Shown here one piece after another: positions 24,701 to 39,700 of a stretch of DNA of 64,000 nt. A program made the position numbers and the translations under genes. Under the pieces are notes generated by a model that was not told the origin of the DNA, ran no database searches, and was given only the letters and a program-made list of their open reading frames with translations. Source of the DNA: an uncultured candidatus Porisulfidus sp. (GTDB lineage Bacteria > Pseudomonadota > Gammaproteobacteria > Poriferisulfidales > Poriferisulfidaceae); contig OZ220480.1 of assembly GCA_965116025.1 (NCBI GenBank), forward strand, positions 96,001 through 160,000. Direction: 5' to 3'. The stretch's first letter is position 1, and every line of letters begins with the position of its first letter.

Positions 24701-27700
24701 GCGTCCGTCCCTTCGGTCACCGATAGCGACGACGGCACCGACACCGTCTTCGTGTCATCGTTAAGCGTTCCGTCAGCCGTCTTGTCGGCACCCAACGCGT
24801 AGCCAGCCGCGTCTTTCAGCGTAATCCGGTAGGTCTCCACGCTCTCCACAATTCTGTCGACGCTAGTCGGGACCGTCACCGTGCCCGTCAGACTTGGAGT
24901 CGCGCCGAACGACGCGGTGAAAGTCTGCGCCAACGCGCCAGCGACATCGCTCGCGTCGAAGCCGCTGGAACCCCGATTCGCCAACGTCAGGCTCACCGGT
25001 AAATCGCCCGTCAGCGCTCGGTCAGACGTGACCGTCAGACTGATATCGGCCCCCTCGTCCACCGCCATCGGATCAGTTAGCAGCTGTAGCGTTGGCGTCG
25101 TGTCGGTCACCGTCACCATGACATCGTCGATGTCGAGCGAGGGTCCGTAGTTGGTATCGCCGCTGGACGCGCCGTGGGTCAGCGTCGCCGTGTCATCGGT
25201 CACGTCCTCGTCAGCGCCCGCGTTGACCTTCACCGCCTGGGCCGTCGCCCAGTTCGCCGTCGTGAACGTCAGAGCCGACGGGCTCACCATCACTTCGCCC
25301 GATGCGCCGCCCACCGTCACCGTCACGCCCACCGAAGGTCGGGTGTCCAGCTTCGCCGTGTACGTCCCGGTCGAGCCCTCCGCCACCGTCAGCGTCCCCG
25401 GCGACAGCGTCACCCCGGCCGTATCGTCGTCGTCGACCGACACCGTCACCGCGCCACCCGCCGTCACGCTCCCATAGCCCATCACCGGGTGCGTCACCTT
25501 CACGGTTTCGTCCGTCGCATCAACATCACTTTTAGCGGTCACCGTCACCGCCTGCGCCGTCTCCCAATTCGCCGTCGTGAAAGTCAGCATTGACGGGCTC
25601 ACCGTCGCCGTCCCCGCGTCCGCGCTCGTCGGCGACACCGTCACGCTCCCCGAAGGCCGGGTATCCAGCTTCACCGTGTACGTCCCGGTCGAGCCCTCCA
25701 CCACCGTCAACGCCGTCGGAGACAGCGTCACCCCAGCGGCCCGCGTCACCGTGACCGTCACGTCCTCGGTGTCCGCGTTGCCATTGCCGTCGCTCGCCGT
25801 CACCGTCATCGTGTACGTGCCCACCGATGTCGGCATGAACGTCAGCCGCGCCTGGTTCAGCACCGTGCCGTTCGGCAGGGCTGGCAACGTTTCACTAGAT
25901 TTACGCGTCCAAACATAGCTGACCGTGTCTCCATCCCCGTCCGTCGCCGATGCCGTGATGTCCACGGTCTCGCCAACCTTCACCGTCTCGTCCGCGACCT
26001 TCGTTAGCACCGGCGACTCGTCGTCGTCCGTGATCGTCACCGTGGTCGCGGCGTTGCCTAGCGCGAACCCCGCTGGCAACGTCGCGGAAGAACTGATCGT
26101 CACCGTGAACGTCTCATCGTCCTCGTCCAGATCGTCGTCCGTGATCGGAATCTCGATATCCCGCATCGTGTCCGTGTCCATGAATACCACCGAGGCCACC
26201 GCATTATTGTCGTAGTCACCATCCGATGGATTGGGCGCCCCCGTCGCCGTGCCCCCGCTATAGCTCACATTGAACGTCACCGCCGCGCCGAAAGCCCCGG
26301 ACGCCGTGACCGTCACCGTCGCGTCGCCCGCACCCTCCGCCACCGTCAGCGTCGACAGCACCGACACCGTCTTCGTGTCATCGTTAAGCGTGCCGTCGGC
26401 CATGGCATCGTCGCCCACCGCGTAGCCAGCCGCATCGTTCAACGTGATCCGGTAGGTCTCCGGGCTCTCAACAATCCTGTCGACGCTGGTCGGGATCGTC
26501 ACCGTGCCCATTTGGCTTGGAGTCGCGCCGAACGCCGCGTCAAGAGTCTGCGTCAGCGCCCCAGAGATATCGCTCGCGTCGAAACCACTGGAACCTCGGT
26601 CCGCCAACGTCAGGCTTACCTGCAACATTCCCGTCAATACCTTATCGGACGTGACCGTCAGGCTGATAGCAGTCCCCTCGGCCACCACCGCTGGATTGGT
26701 CAGCAACTGCAGCGTCGGCGTCGTGTCGGTCACCGTCACCATGACATCGTCAATGCTGAGCGAGGATCCGTAGTTGGTATCAACGCTAGACGCGCCGTGG
26801 GTCAGCGTCGCCGTATCGTCGGTCGCGTCCTCATCAGCGTCCGCGTTGACCGTCACCGTCTGCGCCGTAGCCCAGTTCACCGTCGTGAACGTCAGCATCG
26901 ACGGGCTCACCGTCACCTCGCCCGAAGCCCCACCCACCGTCACCGTCACGCTCTCCGAGGGCCGGCTGTCCAACTTCACCGTGTACGTCCCGGTCTCCCC
27001 CTCCTCCACCGTCAACGCGGTCGTCGACAGCGTCACCTTGGCGGCCCGCGTCACCGTAATCGTCACGTCCTCGGTGTCCGCGTTGCCATTGCCGTCGCTC
27101 GCCGTCACCGTCATCGTGTACGTGCCCACCGATGTCGGCGTGAACGTCAGCCGCGCTTGGTTCAGTGCCGTACCATTCGGCAGGGCCGGCGATATCTCAC
27201 TGGATTTACGAGTCCAAACATAGCTGACCGTGTCTCCATCCCCGTCCGTCGCCGATGCCGTGATGTCCACGGTCTCACCGACTTTCACCATCTCGTCCTC
27301 GATATCCGTCAGTATCGGCGACTCGTCGTCGTCCTCAATCGTGCCGGTCGCCGTCGCGTCCCCGATCACTACGCCGTCAGACGGATCCGACAGCGTCACC
27401 GTGAACGTCTCATTGAGCTCGTCGAGATCGTCGTCCACTACCGACACCGTGATCGTCGTGCTGGTCGAGCTCGCCGCGATGGATGCCGCTGTCGCCACCG
27501 TCACCGCCGTGAAATCGGCTCCCGCCGTCGCCGTATCGCCACTCGCCGCCGTCACCATGTACTTGAACGTCACCTCTTCCGAAGGCGCCGGATTCGCCGT
27601 GACCGTGAACGAGAACGTCCCGTCCTCCGCCACGCTCACGTCCGCGACGCTCAGCGAGACCGTGGACGATGCCTCCTCCGGCGTCGCCTTCACTGCCTCG

Positions 27701-30700
27701 GATTCCGCGCCATCGCCCGCGCCGTTCTTCGCCCGAATCTGGAAGCGATATTCCGAGCCGTTCTCCAATCTCATCACCACATGGCTCGTGGTCTCCGCGT
27801 CCGAACCATCAATGTCGGTCCAGTCCCCCCAGTCCTCGCCAACCTTGCCATGGCGCGACTGCCAGATCGTGATCGAGGCATCCTCTGGATCATCCCATCT
27901 CAGATTCACTTGGCCGTCGCCCGCCGTGGCGGCGAAATTGGTCGGCTTGCCCGGCTTCGCCAGCACCGTCACCGACACAGTTCCCGCGTCTGGAATGAAA
28001 TCCGCGCTCGCTCCGCTCAGCCGGTAAGAATGGTTGATAATCGCCGTCCCGACATCCACGCCTGTCACCGTCACCGTCTGCGCCGTAGCGTAGTTCGAGA
28101 CCGTGAACGCCAAAGAGCTCGGATCCACCGTCGCCTTCGCCGTGGTGGAGCTCGAGATCGACAGCGTCCCTGCCGCATAGGGCTTCATCAAGGCGACCGT
28201 GTAACTGGCGGTGGCGCCGGGCGCCACCGTCACTGGGGCACCGACGATCTTGAGCGCCTTGTTGAGCGGCTCGTCGCCATCCTCGAGCGTGATGCTCGCT
28301 ATGTTCGACCATGGGCCCCATACAACGGAGACGGAGGATGTCCCCGGCAGACCACCGCTCGCACGGATTTGGATCTCCACGACCCCACCATGCGGGATGA
28401 GGCGCGACAGATTCGTCTCGGCCGTTCGCGCGTCGCTATCGACATCGGTGAGAAGCTCAAGCTCCCAATTTTCTTCGTTTCCTCCTTTTGGTCGGTATCG
28501 AATTTGCCACCTGCCGAGGCGTGCCGCGTTCTCGACGATCGCGTGCGGGTCGCTGTCCATCACGCTCCAGTTCAACGTCACCGCGCCCTTGACCCCCACC
28601 GTGGCGGTCAGGGTTGGAGCGACCGGCATCTTCGGCGTCGCGCTAGCCGCGTCGGACTCCGCGCCGTCGCTCGCCAAATTCACCGCGCGAAGCTGGAACG
28701 TATAGGCCGTTCCGTTCGTAAGACCCGGCACGGCGTAGCTAGTGGTCGCCGCGACGGAGTTCGGGATGGGGGTCCATCCGCCATAGCTCCCGGTTCCGGC
28801 TTTCCGCCGATATTCCCAGCGCGTGATCGACGCGTCGTTCGGATTTCTCCACGTAAGCGTCACTTGCCCATTGCCCCCGGTGGCGGCGAAACTAACCGGC
28901 TTGCCTGGAGCGTTCGCGGGGGCTGGCGTCGGCGTCGCGTTGGCGGTATTCGATGGTTTGCTGTTACCGCCATCGTTCTGAGCGCGGATCTGAAACTGAT
29001 AATTGGAACCGCTCACCAGACCTGTCGTCACCGTGTAACTCATCGTGCTCGCGTCCGAGTTAGCGATGTCAGCCCAGCTTCCCCATCCCTCGCCAACCTT
29101 GCGGTAACGCAACTGCCAGCCCGTGATGCTATCGTCATCCGGATCGGCCCAAGACAGCGCCACGAACCCAGCGCTTCCCGTGGCCTGGAATTTCTTCGGT
29201 TTGGCAGGCGGCTCGGGGGCGGTCTCGTCCTCCGTCACCGACACCGTCACCGAATCCACGCTCACCGAGCCGTAACCCCCACCAGCCGCGTCGTGCGTCA
29301 GCGTCACGTCGGGGTCCGTGACCGCGTCGCGATCATGGTTCGCCATCACCGTCACCGCCTGCGCCGTCTCCCAGTTCGCCGTCGTGAACGTCAACGCTGA
29401 CGGGGCCACCGTCACGTCCCCTGACGCCCCGCCCACCGACACCGTCACGCTCGCTGTCGGCAAACTGTTCAGAACCACCGTGTACGTCTCGCTGCCGCCC
29501 TCCGCCACCGTCACCGCGGTCGTCGACAGCGTCACCCCGGCGGCCCGCGTCACCGTGATCGTCACGTCCTCGGTGTCCGCGTTGCCATTGCCGTCGCTCG
29601 CCGTCACCGTCATCGTGTACGTGCCTACCGATGTCGGCGTGAACATCAACCGCGCCACATCAAGCGCCGTGTTATCTGGAAACGCGGGCAATGACTCGCC
29701 GACCGCGCGCGTCCAGGCGTACGTGACGGTGTCTCCGTCTTCGTCCGTCGCCGATGCCGTGATGTCCACGGTCTCTCCCACTTGCACCGTCTCGTCCGCG
29801 ATCTCCACCAGCACTGGCGACTCGTCGTCGTCCGTGATCGTTACCGTGGTCGCGGAATTGCTCAGCCCAAAACCTGTCGGCAACGCGCTCCCTTGCGCCA
29901 GCGCGATCGCCACCGTGAAGGTCTCATCGTCCTCATCCAGGTCATCATTCGTGATCGGAATCTCGATGTCCCGCGTCGTGTCCGTGGACGAGAACGCCAG
30001 CGAGGTCACCACGTCATTGTCGTAGTCGCCACTTGATGGATCGGAAGCCCCCGTCGCCGTGCCTCCGCTATAGCTCACGCTGAACGTCACCGCCGCTCCA
30101 ACAGCCTCGGACGCCGTGATCGTCACCGTCGCGTCACCCACGCCCTCCGCCACCGTCAGCGTCGACGGTATCGACACCATCTTCGTGCCATCGTTAAGCG
30201 TGCCGTCGGCCATGGCATCGTCGCCCACCGCGTAGCCAGCCGCGTCGTTCAACGTGATCTGGTAGGTCTCTGCCTTCTCCACTTCTCCGTCCACATTGGT
30301 CGGGATCGTCACCGTGCCCGTTTGGCTTGGAGTCGCGCCGAATGCCGCGTCAAGAGTCTGCGTCAGCGCCCCAGAGATATCGCTCGCGTCGAAACCACTG
30401 GAACCTCGGTCCGCCAACGTCAGGCTTACCTGCAACATTCCCGTCAATACCTTATCGGACGTGACCGTCAGGCTGATAGCAGTCCCCTCGGCCACCGCCG
30501 CCGGGTTGGTCAGCAACTGCAGCGTCGGCGTCGTGTCGGTCACCGTCACATCGACATCGTCGATGCTGAGCGAGGATCCGTAGTTTGTATCATCGCTGGA
30601 CACGTTATGGGTTAGCGTCGCCGTATCGTCGGTCGCGTCCTCATCAGCGCCCACGTTGACCGTCACCGTCTGCGCCGTAGCCCAGCTCGCCGTCGTGAAC

Positions 30701-33700
30701 GCCAGTGGCGAACCCGACACCGTCACCTCGCCCGATGCGCCGCCCACCGTCACCGTCACGCTCGCCGAAGGTCGGGTGTCCAGCTTCACCGTGTACGCCC
30801 CGGTCTCGCCCTCTTCCACTGTTAGCGCGGACATCGACAGCGTCACGCCATATGGCTTCGGAGTCGCCATCGCCTCATCAGACGCCGCGCCATCTCCAGC
30901 GCCGTTCACCGCGCGAATCTGGAATTTGTGGGCGGTCCCGTCGGTCAGGCCCGTCACCACGTATTTCGTGGTGGTGGCGACGGAATTCGGGATTGCGATC
31001 CAGGAACCGTAGCCTCCAGTTCCTTCTTCCTGTCGATATTCCCAACTCGTGACGCTACTGTCGCCCAGATCGCTCCAGGACAACTCCGCTCGCTGACTCC
31101 CCACCGGCGTAGCGACCAGATCCATCGGTTTGGCGGGAACCGGAATCGGCATCGCCGACGCTTCCGCCGAGGCGACACCGAATCCTCCAAGGTTTACCGC
31201 GCGAATCTGGAAGCGATACGCCGTGCCGTTCGTCAGCCCCGATACCGTGTGAGTCTTGGTGGTGGCTCCAGATCCGGGTATGTTATTCCACGTCGCGGCG
31301 CTTAAGTCCGTCGATCCGGACGCGCGTCGAAATTGCCACTTCGTGATGCTGGCGTCCTTCGGGTCGGTCCAACTGAGCGTCACCTGCCCATCACCTGCCG
31401 TGGCGGCCACCCCCGTCGGCGCGACGGGCGGGTCGGGGTCGTCCAGCGCGCCGTCAGCCGTCTTGTCAGTACCCACCGCGTAGCCGGTCGCGTCATTTAA
31501 CGTGATGGTATAGGTTTCCTCGCCTTCCACCACCGAATCGGCAGTGGTCGGGATGGCCACCGTCCCCGTCGTGCTGGCGCTCGTGCCGAACGCCGCGTCA
31601 AAATTCTGTGTCAAAGCTCCAGAAATGTCGTCCGCATCGAAATCGCTGGAACCCCGGTCCGCCAGCGTCAGGCTCACCGATAAATCGCCCATCAGCGCCC
31701 GGTCGGACGTGACCGTCAGGCTGATATTCGATCCCTCGGTCACCGTCGCCGGGTTGTCCAGCAACTGCAGAGTCGGCGTAGTGTCCGTTACCACCACCGT
31801 CACCGAGGCGATCTTCACCGAGTCGTAATCCCCGCCCATGGCGGTATGCCTCAGAACCGCCATGTGGTCATCCGTGTCCTCGTCGGAGTCGGCCGACACC
31901 GTCACCATTTGCGCCGCGCTCCAATTCTCCGTCGTGAAAACCAGCGAGGACTTGTCTACCGTCACGCCTGACGCCTCGGTCACCGTCACCGTCACGGCAT
32001 CCGAAGGCTCGGACTTCAACTTCACCGTGTAGGAGCCACTGCCACCCTCCTCCACCTGCAACCGGACTGAGCTGACCTCGACTTTGGAAGCGACCGTGAT
32101 CACCACCTTCTCGGTATCTGTATTACCATTGCCGTCGGAAGCCGTCACCGTCATCGTGTAAACGCCGGGATCGACGGGGGTGAACGTGAGCTGAGCCTGG
32201 TTCAGCGCCGTGCCATTCGGCAGGGTTGGCGTGGTCTCGCCAGCCTCGCGCGTCCAAACGTACGTGATGGCGTCGTTATCCTCATCCGTCGCCGAGGCGG
32301 TGATGTCAACCATCTGTCCCAGCCCGACCGTCTGGTCACGGATTTCGGCCAGAACCGGCGACGCGTCGTCGTCCGTGATCGTCACCGTGGTCACGGCGTT
32401 GCCCAGCGTGAAGCCCGCTGGCAACGCGGCGGAACTGATCGTCACCTTGATCGTCTCCGCGTCATCGTCCAACTCATCGTCCGTGATCGGGATCGTGATG
32501 TCTTTCGTTAAATCGGACGCCCCAAACCGCACCGAGGTCGTCGCGTCGTTGTCGTAGTCTACGTTCGCTGGATTGGACGCGCCCGTCGCCGTGCCGCTGT
32601 AGCTGACGTTGAAAACCGCCCCATTCGGGAAAGCCTTGGTCGCCGTGATCGTGACCACCGCGTTCCCAGCCCCCTCGGCCACCGAAAGCGTCTTCGGGAC
32701 CGAGACCATGGCCGCGGAAACGACCGTGATCGTCACGTCCTCAGTGTCCGTGTTCCCATTGCCATCGGATGCCGTCACCTGCATCGTGTAGGTTCCAGTC
32801 TCGACGGGGATGAACGCGAGTCGGGCCCGGTTCCGCACCGCGCGGGCGGGCAACGCGGGCACGGTCTCGCCAGCTTTCCGCGTCCAGGCGTACGTGACAT
32901 CGTCGCCATCAGCGTCCATAGCCGAGGCGGTGATGTCCACCACCTGCCCCAGATTGATCGTCTGGTCGTCAATTTCGTCCAGAACCGGCGACGCGTCGTC
33001 ATCCGTGATCGTCACCGTGGCGACGGCGTTGCCCAGCGTGAAACCAGCGGGCAACGCGGCGGAATTGATCGTCACGGCGAACGTCTCCGCGTCCTCATCC
33101 AGGTGATCGTCCGTGATCGGAATCATGATGTTCTTCATCGTGTCCGTGGACGAGAAATTCACCAACGTCACCTGGTCGTTGTCGTAGTCGCCATTCGCTG
33201 GCACCGGAGCGCCAGTCGCCGCGATGCCCACCGACGCGGCGCCGTAACTGACGTTGAGAGTCGTTTCTCGCCCAAACGCTTCAGGTGTCGTGATCTTGAC
33301 CACGGCGCTCGCGTTCGTCCCCTCAGTGACCGCCACCTGAGATGGAATCGAGACCATGAGGGCGGGCACTACCGTGATCACCACCTTTTCGGTGGCCTCA
33401 TTGCCATTGCCGTCCGAGGCCGTCACCGTCATCGTGTAAACGCCGGGACCGACGGGAGCGAACGTGAGCTGATCCTGATTCAACGCCGTGCCGTTCGGCA
33501 AGGCTGGCGTGGTCTCGCCAACCTTCCGCGTCCAAGCGTACGTGATGGCATCTCCATCCTCGTCGGTCGCCGAAGCGGTGATGTCCACGGTCTGGCCCAC
33601 CCGCACCGTCAGATCCTCGATAGCGTCTAAAACCGGCGAGGAGTCGTCGTCCGTGATCGTCACCGTGGCCATGGCGTTGGTCAGCGCGAAATTCGCGGAC

Positions 33701-36700
33701 AGCCTCACGGAATTGATGCTCACCGTGAAAGTCTCGTCTTTCTCGTCCAAGTCATCATCCGTGATCGGGATCGTGATGTCTTTCGTGAGATCGGACTCCT
33801 CGAACCGCACCGAGGTCGTCTCGTCGTTGTCGTAGTCGCCATTCGCTGGATCCGAGGCGCCCGTCGCCACGCCACCGTAGAGGACGTTGAAGATCGCTCT
33901 GCCTTGGAACGCCTTGGTCGTCGTGATCGTGACCACCGCGTTCCCGACCCCCTCGGCCACCGTCAGCGCCTTCGGAATCGAGACCAAGTCGGGGGTTGGC
34001 CCGACATCCACCGAATCCGAAGGGGGCCCGCCGTCACCGAAAGGCTCCACCGCCCTTATCCGGAATTGGTACTCTGCTTGGTTAATCAGACCCATCACCA
34101 CGTAACTCGTCGTGCCCGCGCCAGAGCCACCAATATCTACCCAAGGCTGATAATTGGGGTCCGCGCCGGCCTTGAACTGGTACTGCCATTTCGCGATGTT
34201 GGGATTGTTCGGGTTATTCCAAGACAGCGTCACCTGCCCATTGCCTGGTTGCGCCCGGAGGCCGGTCGGCTTGGCTGGCAATGGGACCGGGGTCGCGCTC
34301 GCGCGCGCGGGGTCCCCAATTTCGCCATCAAAAACGTTTGAGCCGGCCAATGCGACGACCTCGAAATCACTCCGCCGACCATTTGGCAAATTCCCCACCA
34401 CGTAGCTCGTGGACTTGATATTACGTTTGACAGTCGGAACGTTTTCATGCCATCTTCTGAATTGGACGATAGGAAATGTGCGGTAGCGCACCATCCAAGA
34501 CGTGATCTTTTCGTCGTCAGGGTCGTCCCAAGACAGTCTCACCTTTCCATTGCCCGGCGTGGCCTTGAGGCCCGTCGGCCTCGCTGGCTTGCCGGAATCC
34601 GGCCCCTGGGTCACTTCCCCCGAGGGCGCTCCAGGGCCAGCAGCATTCACCGCGCGAATCTGGAACGTGCGCGTCTCGCTCACGCCCGTCACCGCGTAAT
34701 ACGTCGTGGTCGCGCGGGAACCGGAGATATCCGCCCAATCGGCATAACTTCCTCGGCCAGATTTCTGCCGGAATTGCCACTTCGTGATGCTGGAGTCGTT
34801 CGGATTGTTCCAGAATAGCGTCACTCGCCGATCGCTCCCTTCGGCTCTAAGACCTGTCGGCGCGGCGGGTCGACTGAGAACTGGCGTCGCCGATACCTCA
34901 GGCGATTCGGCACCCGGACCACCGAGATTCACCGCGCGAATCTTGAAGCCATACGCGATCCCGTTCGTCAGGCCCGTCACCTTGTGACCCGTCGTGCCCG
35001 CGGCGGAGCCACCGATGTCGATCCAGTCACCGTAGGCGGCCGTGCCAGCCTTCTGCTGGTATTGCCACTTCGTGACGCTGGCATCACCCAAAGCGGTCCA
35101 GGACAACGTCACTTGCCGATCACCCGCCATGGCGGCGAAAGCCGTCGGCGCGGCAGGCAGAGGCGGCAACGGTCTCACCGTGACCTCGACCGATGATGCT
35201 CCAAAACCGGAAGGATTCACCGCGCGAATCTTGAAACCGTATGTGGTTCCGTTCGTCAAGCCCGTCAGCTCGTGGCTCGTCGTGCTCGCGCTAGAGCTCC
35301 GAATGGCCATCCAAGAACCATAGCGCCCGGTTCCTTCTTTCCGCTGGTATTCCCAGCGCGTGACGCTCGCGTCGCCCGGATCTCTCCAAGACAGCGTCAC
35401 CCGCCCATCGCTCGCCGTGGCGGTGAAATCGCTTGGCGCAGAGGGCCGCGGGACCGGTATCGCTCTCACTTCGTCCGAGACCGCGCCCTCGCCGTTGGCG
35501 CTCACCGCGCGGGTCTGGAAGCGATACTCCGTTCCATTGTCCAGATTCGTCACCGTATGGCCCGTGGTGCCCGCGCTAGAGCCCGGTATTCTGGTCCAAG
35601 CGCCTTGGTTGCCAGATGCTTTTCCATGGCGCAACTCCCAGCCAGTGATCAACTCGTTTTTCGGATCGTCCCAAGACAGCGTCACCCGCGCGTCGCCCGC
35701 CATCGCTCTGAAGTTCGTTGGCTTCACGGGCGGGTCGTCCTCCGTCACCGTCACCACGACATCGTCGATATCCACATTGTCGTAGTCCGCGCCCAAGACG
35801 CCATGCGTCAGCGTCACCATGGGGTCCGCGCGCGCGTCGTCATCTTCTCCCGCCGTCACCGTCACCGTCCGCGCCACGTTCCAGTTCGAGGCTCCGAAAA
35901 CCATCGGAAAGCCTGACACCGTCACGTCTCCCGACGCGCCACCCACCGTCACCGTGACGTTCCCCGAAGGCCGCGTGTCCAGCTTCACCTCATATTCGCC
36001 CGCATCTCCCTCCTCCACCATCAGCGCGGATGTCGAGACCGACACGCCCGGCGCGTCGCTTTCCGTCACCGTCACCACGACCTTGTCAATGCTCACATCG
36101 CCATAGCCACCACCCGTGGCCGCATGCGTCAACATCACCGCAGGATCTGGAAGCGCGTCGTCGTCCGACATCGCTGACACCGTCACCGTCTGTGGCGCGT
36201 TCCAGTTCATAGTCGTGAAGGTCAGCAGATTCGGGGCCGCCGTCACGTCACCCGACGCGCCACCCACCGTCACCGTCACGGACCCCGAAGGACGCGCGTC
36301 GAGCGCCACCGTGTAGCTCCGGTCGGAGCCCTCCGGGACTCTCAGCGCGCGTGGTGAAAGCGACACGCCAAGCGGCATTGATGTCGGCGTCGACGTCACT
36401 TCCTCGGACCACGGGCTTGAATTTTCGCCGGAACCAAATCTGGCCCGCAAGCGAAACGTGTATTCCACGCCATTCTTAAGCCCTTCGGCCACTACGGATG
36501 TGGCGCTCGCAAGATTTACAACATGAAAATCCGCAGGCGCTTCGCCATAGTCTTCGCCACCGGATTTGTACTGATATTGCCACGACTGAATGCCCTGGCC
36601 AGACTGAGCGTTCCATCTCAGGGTGACCGAGCCGTTGCCCGCGACCGCCCGCAACTCACTTGGCGCGTCCACCACGCCAGCCCATATCTGGGTCTGGTCG

Positions 36701-39700
36701 GATACCGGGCCAGCGACCGTATCATTGACCGCGCGCGCGCGCAAATCCAGCGGTCCACTCCAGCTCGAATCCAGTTCCCTAACAGTGAATGACAGCGTCC
36801 ATACTTTGGTCGCTGACCCACTCTGGGATTTATTAACAGCTGATGACCATGTCGCCGCGTCATCCCAGTTTTCAGCAGGAGCCTTGGTCTGGAATTCGGC
36901 CCCGGTGACCTTCCCGCAATCGGCGGGGATAATCATCCAGAGTGTCCCAGACATCTCACCGTTAGATGATATGAGATTCCCTTCGGCTTTCTGAATTCCG
37001 ACCCTGCAGGGAGCCGCTAGGGTGGGGGTCGCCGTCTTCTCGGGCGATTCCGAGCCATCGCCCGAGGGGTTGATCGCGCGAATCTTGAAGCCGTACGCGG
37101 TTCCGTTCATCAGATTCGTCACTACGAAACTCGTCGTGCCCGCGGCGGAGCCACCGATGTCAATCCAGTCGCCGTAGGCGGCCGCGCCAGCCTTCTGCTG
37201 GTATTGCCACTTCGTGATGCTGGCGTTCCCTGGATTAGTCCAGGACAGTGTCACCTCTCCATCGCCCGCCGTCGCGGTGAAACCCGCCGGCGGCGCGGGC
37301 TTCGGTCTCGGAACCACGGACACACTTCCATATTCAATAGAACCCTGTAGAGACTTCATCGCCCTGATCTGAAAATCGTACTGGATTCCGTTGCTCAATC
37401 CCGTCACCGTGTGGCTAGTGGTGCTTACGCTCACTCGATTCCCCGGGCCTCCCAGCCACTCAGGAAAATTAATCTCGATACTAGTCTTGTACCGCACAAT
37501 CCACCTGTTGGTGATGCCATCGCTAGCGGCATCCCAAGAGAGCGTCACCTGCCCATTGCCCGGTTGCGCCCGGAGACCGGTCGGCTTCGCGGGCGTTCGA
37601 CTCTGCGGGGTCGCCGTCTTCTCGTCCGACGCTTGGCCGTTTCCCTTGGAATTCACCGCGCGGATTTTGAATTTGTACACGGTCCCGTTGGTCAGGCTCC
37701 CCACCACGTGCCGCGTGGAACTCGCGCCGGAGCCAGTGATATCGGTCCAGTTCCCATAATTGGCCGTGCCGGTCTTCTGCTGAAATTGCCACTTCGTGAC
37801 GCTGGCGTCGCCCAAGATGGTCCAGGACAGAATCACCAGCTCGTCACCTCCTATGGCCGTGAAACCGGTCGGTTTCGCGGGCAAGACTCGTTGCGGAGTC
37901 GCCGTCGCCTCGTCTGACGCGGCGCCGGGACCGGCAACATTGACCGCGCGGACCTTAAAACCGTAAGCGGTCTCGTTCGTCAAGCCCATCACCACGTAAC
38001 TCGTCGTGCCGAAGCCGGAGCCATCGATGTCGGTCCAGTTCCCGTAATTGGGTGCGCCGGCCTTCTGCTGGTATTGCCATTTCGTGACGCTGGCGTCGCC
38101 CAAGACGGTCCAGGACAGCGTCACCTCTCCGTCGCCCGCCATCGCGCTGAAACCGGTCGGCTTGGCGGGACGTGGAGGGAGTGGCGTCACCGCCGCATCG
38201 ACCGACGCGGCACCAGGACCGGCGACATTGACCGCACGGACCTGGAAGGCGTAAATGAGCCCGTTAGTCAGGCCCGTCACCAAGTGACTCGTCGTGCTCG
38301 CGCCGGAGCCATCAATATCGATCCAACCTCCGTAGCCCCCAGCCTCTTCCTTTCTCCGGATCTGCCATTTCGTTATGCTGGCGTCATCCGGGTCGTTCCA
38401 GGACAGCGTCGCCCGACCGTCACCGGCCGTGGCGGCGAAACCGAGCGGAGCGGCGGGAAGCGCGAGTGGCCTCGCCGTCGCCTCGACCGACGCGGCGCCG
38501 TCACCGTAAAGATTCACCGCACGCGTCTGGAAGCCGTAGATCGACCCGTTGATCAAGCCCGTCACCGTATGGCTCGTCGTGCTCGCGTCAGAATTCGGGA
38601 TGTCGGTCCAATCGCTGTACGCGCCACCGTCGACGTTCCGTCGGAATTGCCACTTCGTGATTCTGTCCTCACTCGGCGGGTCGTTCCAGGACAGCGTCGC
38701 CTCTCCATCGCCCGCCATCGCGGTGAAACCGGTCGGCGCGACGGGCGGCACCTCGTCGTTGACGATGGTGATGGTGGCTGAACTCGTAGCGACCCAGTCC
38801 GGGGGCGCGTTCTCCACTCTCAACGTGATCGTCTCGTCTGGTTCGACATTTTCGTCGCCCCGAATGCTGAAAGTGAACTGTTTCGTCTTGCCACCTCCTA
38901 GAAACAAGACGCTGTTGGAGCCCGCGCTCCAACACATGTCCGCGTCTACCGGCTTTGGCTCTTCGCAGGAGTTCACTGAGATGTTGGTGTTCCCTGCCGC
39001 AGTCGACGCGTCGTCGATCACCAAGTGAAACAAAAGTTGCCTGAAATTTCCCCCGAAACCTCCCGAACTGGGCGGCAACTCGCCGAGCAGGATATCGATG
39101 GTCACGGGGGTCTCGCCAGCGTTCCCCTCAATGAACCGGGTCTTGGAGGCCGACAGCAGAATGATCTTGCCCGGCGGGATCGCTTCTGCTTCATTCGAGG
39201 CGACGCCCGCGCCATTTCCATTCACCGCGCGAACCTGAAATTTGTACCGCGTCCCGTTCGTCAGGCTCGTCACCGTATGGCTCGTCGTGCTCGCGTTGGA
39301 GCTCGGAATTCGGATCCATTCGCCGTAGGGCCCGGTTCCAGCTTTCTGTCGATAATCCCAGCGCGTAATAGCGATGCTCTCGTCGCGCGGTCTCAGCCAA
39401 GCCAGCGTCGCCCGCTTTTCGCCCGGAGTGGCGCTCGAAATAAATGGCTTTGGGGGAACTTTATCGTCCTCCTGCACCTTCACAATAACCGAGTCAATGG
39501 CCGTCCAGACGTAGTCACCCCCTCTGGCGCGATGCGCCAGCGTCACGTCGGGGTCCGTGACCGCGTCGGCATCTTGCTTCGCCGTCACCGTCACCGTCCG
39601 CGACGTCTCCCAATTCACCGTGGTGAACGTCAGCACCGCCGGAGTCGCCATCACGTCAGACGAGGAACTACGGACCGTCACCGTCACCTTTCCCGTTGGA

